From a virus (lineage: Duplodnaviria; Caudoviricetes), in the IMG/VR virus record IMGVR_UViG_3300032301_000360, positions 3,819 to 67,818 of that record: a stretch of 64,000 nt of DNA, one strand, 5' to 3'. Shown here piece by piece: positions 57,645-64,000 of the stretch. Under the pieces are notes generated by a model. That model was not told where the DNA came from. It saw only the letters and a program-made list of their open reading frames with translations, and did not search any database. The translations under genes were made by a program, and so were the position numbers. The first letter of the stretch is position 1; each line of letters opens with the position of its first letter.

Positions 57645-60254
57645 ATGGCCTGGCGCAAATATTTCACCACAGTACCCAGTCAAGCTCAAATCAGCAGAAA
57701 ACTGGAACAACATAACAGAGAAAACGGCAAGGCTGGCACCAGCCACAAGTTCAGCAGCTACCTGCCCGAAGTGTATGCGGGTGCACCCAACAGAATTGAA
57801 CGTTATGTGCAATATGACCAGGCAGATCTGGACTCAGAAATCAACAGATCCTTGGACACCATTGCAGAATTCTGCACACAGAACGCAGATGACGATGCCC
57901 CCTCACCATTCAGATTGATCTATCGTGAAGATCTCACAGAAACAGAAAATGATCTGTTGCAGGACAGCCTCACACAATGGTGCAGAATTAACAGATTCAA
58001 CCAACGCATTTTCCGCACCTTCAGAAACACCATCAAGTATGGTGATCAATTTTTCATAAGAGATCCTGAAACCTTTGAGCTGCTGTGGGTGGATGCAGCC
58101 AAGGTGGAAAAGATTGTGGTGAATGAAGCTGAGGGCAAGGCTGTGGAACAGTATGTGATCAAAGACCTAGACTTCAACTTGCAAAGTTTAACAGCCACCA
58201 ATCCCATGGTGCATGACAATTATTCTTTCCCAGGTGGATATCCCAGATCAAGTAACCCATCAGCAGGTGCTGGCAACATCAATTATGGTCAGCCCACCAC
58301 ACCAGGTGGCCGCACCAGCCGTTTTTATAATCCCACCAACTCCATGGCTGTGGATGCCACCCATGTGGTGCATTTGAGTTTAAGCGAAGGCATGGATCAT
58401 TATTGGCCCTTTGGTTTAAGCATTCTGGAAGCTGTGTATAAAACATACAAGCAGAAAGATTTGTTGGAAGACTGTATTCTGATTTATCGCATTGTGAGAG
58501 CACCAGAACGCCGTGTGTTTTACATTGACGTGGGTCAGCTACAGGGCCAGCGAGCCATGGCTTATGTGGAAAGAGTCAAGAACGAAATCTATCAGCGCCG
58601 TCTGCCCAACAGGTGTTTGGGTTTGGACACAAAGATTTATCTGCTAGACGGTAGACTGATACCACTCAGACAGATCATTCTGGAACATGAATCTGGTAAG
58701 ACAAACTGGGTGTATAGCTGCTGTCCACAAACTGGTAACATAGTGCCAGGTCTGATCACCTGGGCAGGCGAGACACGCTCACAAACGCAGGTAGTCCGAC
58801 TCACTCTGGATAATGGTCAAACCATAGTGTGCACTCCTGATCACAAGTTCCCCATACTGGGCAAGGGATTTGTGGAAGCTCAGAATCTACAACTGGGAGA
58901 AAGCTTCATACCTGCCTACTTCAGACAAGAGCATGTGACTCAGTCCAAACAGCCCAAAAACAAGTATGAACAAGTGTTTGATCCTGCCACCAAACAGTGG
59001 AAGTTTGTGCACAGAATGGTGGCTGAGTTCTTCCATGACTTTGAGGGAGATGCCAGACTGGTTCAAGAGCACACACATGTGGAGAAATATGCTAACCTGC
59101 CCAAACAAACTGTGCATCATAGAGACTTCAACCGATTCAACAATAATCCAGACAATCTTGCATGGATGAACAGCAAGGACCACATCTGCTATCATGCTGA
59201 TCAAGGGCAAGCCTGGCAGCAGGCCTTCACACAGGCTAACCCTTGTACAACCAAAGTGAAGTTTGGTCCTGATCTGGTAAAAAACCTGCTCAAGCATGAA
59301 GGATTTCCCACATATGATGACTTCCTCCAGAAAGAGCCCCACTTGAATCACAAGCTTGTGAGCGTGGAATGGTTGGATACACCTTGTGACACAGGCACCA
59401 TAACTGTGGACGGTGATGAGATCTGGCACAACTATCACACCTTTGCAATTGAAGGGGGCATCTTCACTAAAAACAGTGGGGGCGGAACCAGCATCATAGA
59501 CACAGCCTACAACCCCATCAGCATCACAGAAGATTTCTTCTTGGCCACCAACACAGAACAGCGTGGCACCAGAATTGAAAGTTTGGCTGGGGGAGAGGCA
59601 TTGGGCACCATAGATGACTTGAAATATTTCAACAACAAGCTCATGCGCGGCTTGGGCATTCCCAGTAGCTATCTGCCATCAGGGCCAGATGATGGCACAG
59701 CAGTGTACAATGATGGTAAAGTGGGTACTGCATTCATTCAGGAATATCGCTTCAACAAATACTGCCAACGTTTGCAAAACAGTGTGGTGCACATTTTTGA
59801 TCGCGAATTCAAACTGTTCCTCAAACACAGAGGCATCACAGGCATCACAGCAGACATGTTTGAATTGGCATTCAATCCGCCGCAATCGTTCAGCGAATAT
59901 CGCAAGATGGCCATAGATGCAGAACGTGCCAACTTGTTCAACACTGTGATGGGTGGAGATGCTGTCAAATACTTGAGTAAAAGATGGGCCATGGAAAAAT
60001 ATCTGGGACTTACTCCTGCTGATATTGTAGAAAATGAAAAACAATGGAAGGAAGAGAATGCCAAAAGAGTGCAGGACAAGACTGGCACCACTGTCATGGA
60101 TGACAACATGATGGGATTGGGAGCAGTGGGGGTGAAGCCAAATCCCATGGTGGATCAGTTGCCTCCAGCTGAGATGCCAGGATTGCCACCACAAGCAGCT
60201 CCCTCCATGGAACCTGCTGCTGTGCCTCCTCCTGAAAATGCACCAGGTTTATAA
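57645..60254 (+). CDS. gp20: portal vertex protein, T4 gp20-like, containing an intein
   Basis: R.ERY.QYD..D.DSEI..SLD.IAEF; LLED.ILIYRIVRAPERRVFYIDVG; EDFF; RG.RIE.L.GG..LG.IDDLKYF..KL.RGL.IP.SYL; TAAATA at 57606-57611. Confidence 0.95.
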   Translation: MAWRKYFTTVPSQAQISRKLEQHNRENGKAGTSHKFSSYLPEVYAGAPNRIERYVQYDQADLDSEINRSLDTIAEFCTQNADDDAPSPFRLIYREDLTETENDLLQDSLTQWCRINRFNQRIFRTFRNTIKYGDQFFIRDPETFELLWVDAAKVEKIVVNEAEGKAVEQYVIKDLDFNLQSLTATNPMVHDNYSFPGGYPRSSNPSAGAGNINYGQPTTPGGRTSRFYNPTNSMAVDATHVVHLSLSEGMDHYWPFGLSILEAVYKTYKQKDLLEDCILIYRIVRAPERRVFYIDVGQLQGQRAMAYVERVKNEIYQRRLPNRCLGLDTKIYLLDGRLIPLRQIILEHESGKTNWVYSCCPQTGNIVPGLITWAGETRSQTQVVRLTLDNGQTIVCTPDHKFPILGKGFVEAQNLQLGESFIPAYFRQEHVTQSKQPKNKYEQVFDPATKQWKFVHRMVAEFFHDFEGDARLVQEHTHVEKYANLPKQTVHHRDFNRFNNNPDNLAWMNSKDHICYHADQGQAWQQAFTQANPCTTKVKFGPDLVKNLLKHEGFPTYDDFLQKEPHLNHKLVSVEWLDTPCDTGTITVDGDEIWHNYHTFAIEGGIFTKNSGGGTSIIDTAYNPISITEDFFLATNTEQRGTRIESLAGGEALGTIDDLKYFNNKLMRGLGIPSSYLPSGPDDGTAVYNDGKVGTAFIQEYRFNKYCQRLQNSVVHIFDREFKLFLKHRGITGITADMFELAFNPPQSFSEYRKMAIDAERANLFNTVMGGDAVKYLSKRWAMEKYLGLTPADIVENEKQWKEENAKRVQDKTGTTVMDDNMMGLGAVGVKPNPMVDQLPPAEMPGLPPQAAPSMEPAAVPPPENAPGL
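58614..59474 (+). mobile_element. intein (287 aa) with HNH-type endonuclease
   Basis: Starts CLGLDTKIYLLDG; block B TPDHKF; ends HTFAIEGGIFTKN followed by Ser+1; internal VHRMVAEFF...VHHRDFNRFNNNPDNL; excision restores RRLPNR-SGGG. Confidence 0.92.
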
Positions 60255-60288
60255 ACACACATGAAACCAGATAGATAAATAGCTGAAC

Positions 60289-62061
60289 ATGACATTCAAC
60301 ATACGCAAAAGCAATCAGGATCTGTTGGTTAGCATACCTGATGGAAAAAATGACACATCCAGATCCAGTTTAATCTTGTTTGGTAGAAATTTCGCATCAT
60401 GGGGCACAGCCATCAATGAGAACATGGTGCACATCATGGAGCACTTTGCAAATCAAACTCCTCCACTGAACCCGCTTCGTGGACAGTTGTGGTATGACAC
60501 CATAAACAAAGAAATGAAAGTTTATGAAGATGGGGTGTGGACACTGCTAAATGCAGCCAGTTTGCAAAACATTGCAGAGAGTGTGGTACCCAACAGACTG
60601 TATGTGAGTAAAAAAGGGTCAGATGGTAATTCAGGCCTATCCTGGTTTTCCGCAAAACGCACCATAAAGGCAGCATGCTCTGCTGCAGAACGTTTGATCA
60701 CACTGGGTCAAATGGAAGATCAGCATGTGACCATTTTGGTGGCTAGTGGAGACTACACCGAGCAAAATCCTGTCACTGTGCCTGAAGGTGTAAGCATTAT
60801 TGGTGACAATTTGAGATCAGTCACTGTGCGACCACAGAATGTCACCAGTGATGTATTCCTGCTGGAAAGCCAAACTTACATTTATGGACTGACTGTGAGA
60901 GATCACAGACTGCAACCATCTGCACTAGACATCACTCCCACTATTCCCAAGTACAATGCAGATAACAGTGGACAGAATCTGCCCAGAAACACCACGCAAA
61001 CAGGATTTGCATTTGGTTTTAAGCCAGGTGCCCTGATCAGAGTGAGTCCTTATATCCAGAACTGTTCCAGTATATCAGGTGATCCTGGCACCAGCTCAGG
61101 TGCATTTCCAGGTGGCGGTGGAGTGTTGGTGAATGGTGATGTGATCAATTCAGCCAGCAGAATCCACTCCATTGTGGTGGATGCCTTCACACAGATCAAT
61201 CTGGGTGGTATTGGAGTCAAAGTGGTGGGCCGAGGCTACATGCAGCTGGTGAGCTTCTTTGTGAACTTCTGCCAGTTTGGTTTGTTGTGTGTGGATGGTG
61301 GCCATGTGACTGCCCTAAACTCCAACTGTAGCTTTGGTAACTATTCACTCTGGAGCGAGGGATTCAGATATCTGCAAAACCCACCACAAGATGGTTTGCC
61401 AGGTGCCATCAATCAATCCTGGCCCAGTTCTGATTCTGATCTCAAGCCCGTTAATCAGATTCCCAATGGTAACACATTCGAATTCATAACTCCTGAAAAT
61501 TATCAGGCACAGCCAGACCAGATTCCAGATCTCTCAGTGGAAGTGCTATTACCCAATGGTAATATAGACACGTCATACAGAATACAGTCTGTTGTAAAAG
61601 GCGTTTTGAATAACAGCGTGATAAAACTAAGGACTGCCCCTCCTGACGGAAGCGTGCTCACAATTCGCACCAAGTTTGGTAGCCTGATTGAAGCATCTGG
61701 TTACACCATGAGCTACACTGGTGCTGGATTGAACTACAGCAGATTAAGCCCCAGTCAGGATGGTGTGGGTAAGGCAGATCCCAACAAATACACCATCACC
61801 TTCCCAGACAATCCAGATGACCTTGTGAGACCCACATACAGTAGCGCCAGAATTTATCACACCACCACAGATGAAAGCGGTGACTTTTATGTGGGCGTTG
61901 TTACACCGGGTATTATTAATAACGACGGTTCGCAAAGAGCAGGCAGACCCTCATTCAGAATCAATCAACGCAAGGGAGCCATTGACGGTAGAGCCTTTTA
62001 CCAAAGCATATTTGGTTTCATGGCCCCGTTTGTGCTAGCTCTGACCAGAAGAGGTAAATGA
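60289..62061 (+). CDS. tail fibre/tailspike with shared anchor domain and pectin-lyase-like beta-helix
   Basis: LILFGRNF..WG...NEN.VH..E.FA...P.NP..GQLWYD anchor; LYVSKKGSDGNSG...ASGDYTE.NP.TVPEGVSIIGDNLR; PYIQNCS; TAAATA 7 nt before the ATG. Confidence 0.75.
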   Translation: MTFNIRKSNQDLLVSIPDGKNDTSRSSLILFGRNFASWGTAINENMVHIMEHFANQTPPLNPLRGQLWYDTINKEMKVYEDGVWTLLNAASLQNIAESVVPNRLYVSKKGSDGNSGLSWFSAKRTIKAACSAAERLITLGQMEDQHVTILVASGDYTEQNPVTVPEGVSIIGDNLRSVTVRPQNVTSDVFLLESQTYIYGLTVRDHRLQPSALDITPTIPKYNADNSGQNLPRNTTQTGFAFGFKPGALIRVSPYIQNCSSISGDPGTSSGAFPGGGGVLVNGDVINSASRIHSIVVDAFTQINLGGIGVKVVGRGYMQLVSFFVNFCQFGLLCVDGGHVTALNSNCSFGNYSLWSEGFRYLQNPPQDGLPGAINQSWPSSDSDLKPVNQIPNGNTFEFITPENYQAQPDQIPDLSVEVLLPNGNIDTSYRIQSVVKGVLNNSVIKLRTAPPDGSVLTIRTKFGSLIEASGYTMSYTGAGLNYSRLSPSQDGVGKADPNKYTITFPDNPDDLVRPTYSSARIYHTTTDESGDFYVGVVTPGIINNDGSQRAGRPSFRINQRKGAIDGRAFYQSIFGFMAPFVLALTRRGK

Positions 62062-62088
62062 CATGACACTTAACGCAGGAGCACACAC

Positions 62089-62553
62089 ATGGTAGCGCCC
62101 ATATTCAGATTCAGAAATGTTAAAGTTAGATTGGACACCAACGCAGCCACATTCATTTATGGTGTGGTAGCATTAGCATTAGCACCTAATTCCACCTATC
62201 CAGACAGGGTCTTAGCATCAGATGTAGAACCAGCTGAGGTCAGCTCAGTTCTACTCACTGTGCAAGTGAGTAACAGAACCTCTGAAGTCATTATACCACC
62301 TGCTACAGCGGTTATTCCCACAACCATACCCATTAGTGCATACATTTACAAGGCTAACACTGCATCGTTTGTACTTGCTGATGCTAGGACATTGGTGGAA
62401 GATTATCCTCTGCTTGCAAAGAATGCATTTGACCCACTGAGTGGTAACTTGGTGATGGCAGACGGGGATCAGTTGTGGATTACTGCTGGTACTGCAAATG
62501 TTTGCGATGTGGTTGTGAGCATTCTGGAAATTGCCAACGCCACAGCTACCTAA
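62089..62553 (+). CDS. virion structural protein (hypothetical)
   Basis: AGGAG SD; beta-rich with C-terminal DVVVSILE; within the fibre cluster. Confidence 0.65.
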   Translation: MVAPIFRFRNVKVRLDTNAATFIYGVVALALAPNSTYPDRVLASDVEPAEVSSVLLTVQVSNRTSEVIIPPATAVIPTTIPISAYIYKANTASFVLADARTLVEDYPLLAKNAFDPLSGNLVMADGDQLWITAGTANVCDVVVSILEIANATAT

Positions 62554-62580
62554 AACGAGACAAATTGAATGGTGATATGA

Positions 62581-63900
62581 ATGCCCAGGTTACTTGATAC
62601 AAGACTGATAGGTCTAGACATTAGTGATGTCACTAGCAGAGAATATCCTCCTGCTATTCAGGGGCAGGTGCTCCAGGTAAAGTTGGATGCAAATGGCGAA
62701 AAAAGTATGGGTCTGGGGTCTGGCACAGACTACAATTATCTAAGCCTGGATGCAGAATCCGAAAGATCTGGCATCAGTCTACAACAGTTTTTGTGTACAG
62801 TTTGGCAGGATATAACTCCCAAAAACTCACTAAATGTCAATTTATTTGGCGCCATATATGGAACCACTTATGCTGCTGGTATATTTTATCTTGTGGGGGC
62901 AGATGGCACAACCCCAACTGCTAATGCCAAGATCATGTATGGTCGTGTGGATAACATAACTGGTTCACCCATTGTGGAAACGTCGTTTGAAAACATGGCT
63001 ACCACGCCATTTAATGGTCCAGTGTATGGTGTCACTTATGGTGACGGTAAACTTTTGGCATGTGGTGCTAATGGCAAAATTGCGGTTCTGCGCACAACAG
63101 GATGGGAAGCCTGTAACATGCCAGATGGCTCTGAGCTATATTATATCTATCGTATAGCTTATGGGCATCGTAAAGGTTGGGTTGCTGTGGGAACTGCAAC
63201 TTCTAACTCCTTTGGGGCAGGAATAACTCTGTATAGTCAGGATGGAGAAACATGGAGTATAGGCACCCCGGCATTGGGTGTAGGTGACGGCAATGCTATC
63301 TATGGTGTGGCTTACGGTGGGGCTATTGGTGAAGAAATGTTTGTAGCAGTAGGCGGCATTGTTACACCATCACCTACCACTCCCACCAACCATATTGCTT
63401 ACAGCTATGACGGAATAAATTGGACTCTGAGTACCACACATTCATCCAGGTTGAGAAGGGCACATTATAGTGCATGCTTCGGTAATGGAAGATGGTTGGT
63501 GGGCACCCAAGGTCCACAAGTGGGAGGAGATCCCACAGTATCCAACATGATCACCAGCACAAGTGGTATCACATGGGAATCTGTGCCCATATCCAATAGT
63601 GGAACTGCAGACAACAGTATACAAACTGTATCTTACGGTAATGGTATGTTTATCTCAGGGGGCCCCTACATATATGGCAGCGTGAGTGGACTGGAAAGTG
63701 CAATCTTGTTTCAACCTGGGGTTGGGCTAGTAGCCACAGGCGCCTCTTGTTATGGCAATGGTATATTCCTTGTGGGCAGCAGAGACGGTAAGCTGGTGCG
63801 CAGCAGTGTGATAAATGAGATTGGTTTAGGTCCACCAGGTCCTCCGGGTAGAGACGGCACAAATGGTACCAACGGTACTCCCGGTACTCCCGGTACTACC
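62581..63900 (+). CDS. beta-propeller plus collagen-like fibre protein (incomplete; not in ORF track)
   Basis: Hand translation open from ATG 62581 with repeated YG(N/D)G..VAVG and S.DG..W motifs; 8 Gly-X-Y triplets at 63829-63900; no stop before the window end. Confidence 0.8.
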
Positions 63901-64000
63901 TGGGCCAGGGCTTTCCCGACACAGACGGCCCGCAGGTCATCAAGGACGCGGCAATCGCAGCAATTACTGACGGTCGCGGTAATCAATACCCGCCCGTACA
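63898..64000 (+). other. foreign fragment of a bacterial class I/II aminotransferase (probable chimeric contig end)
   Basis: Frame starting at 63900 reads LGQGFPDTDGPQVIKDAAIAAITDGRGNQYPP, the DapC-type N-terminal motif; abrupt GC and CpG jump. Confidence 0.75.

Noticed and set aside
1-64000. Stop-codon reassignment, tRNA genes, diversity-generating retroelement
   Set aside because: Conserved genes are full-length under the standard code and end in all three stop codons; no cloverleaf or T-loop motif and no reverse transcriptase or template/variable repeat pair was seen by eye (tRNAscan-SE would confirm).

Overview
This is a 64-kb segment of a large lytic T4-like (jumbo) myophage, read with the standard genetic code. 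No tRNA, CRISPR array or integrase was seen. From 1 to 10.8 kb it carries small early genes plus an RNA-repair and metabolism set: T4 Rnl1-type RNA ligase, PTH2-like hydrolase, AAA ATPase, Pnkp-like phosphatase, HNH nuclease and ThyX. From 10.8 to 30.5 kb a minus-strand block encodes tail fibres and baseplate, including a 4037-aa wedge/fibre protein, gp6-like and gp25-like genes. From 30.5 to 34.4 kb is a GC-richer early island with a PRTase and a split HARP plus SNF2 helicase. From 34.4 to 47.3 kb are hub/spike genes (a gp5 with three peptidoglycan-hydrolase domains) and two probably head-packaged nucleotidyltransferases. From 47.3 to 54.2 kb are the gp55 late sigma factor, gp47/gp46 (Mre11/Rad50) and a resolvase locus. 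From 54.2 to 64 kb are gp26-like and tape-measure-like genes, an intein-containing portal and fibre genes. The main candidate new system is a 237-aa protein (53061-53774) resembling only the WED/REC recognition lobe of TnpB/Cas12, with no RuvC domain, followed directly by about 400 nt of densely structured, pseudoknotted non-coding sequence; this assignment rests on alignment by eye. Also notable: (i) an HNH homing endonuclease cassette that has split the resident Holliday-junction resolvase gene while carrying an inverted replacement resolvase; (ii) a likely programmed -1 frameshift joining gp26-like and gp51-like chaperones; (iii) a ligase-like/HIGH-NTase/2H-phosphodiesterase tri-domain protein; (iv) genome-wide CpG depletion. 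The last ~100 nt look like a chimeric bacterial aminotransferase fragment.
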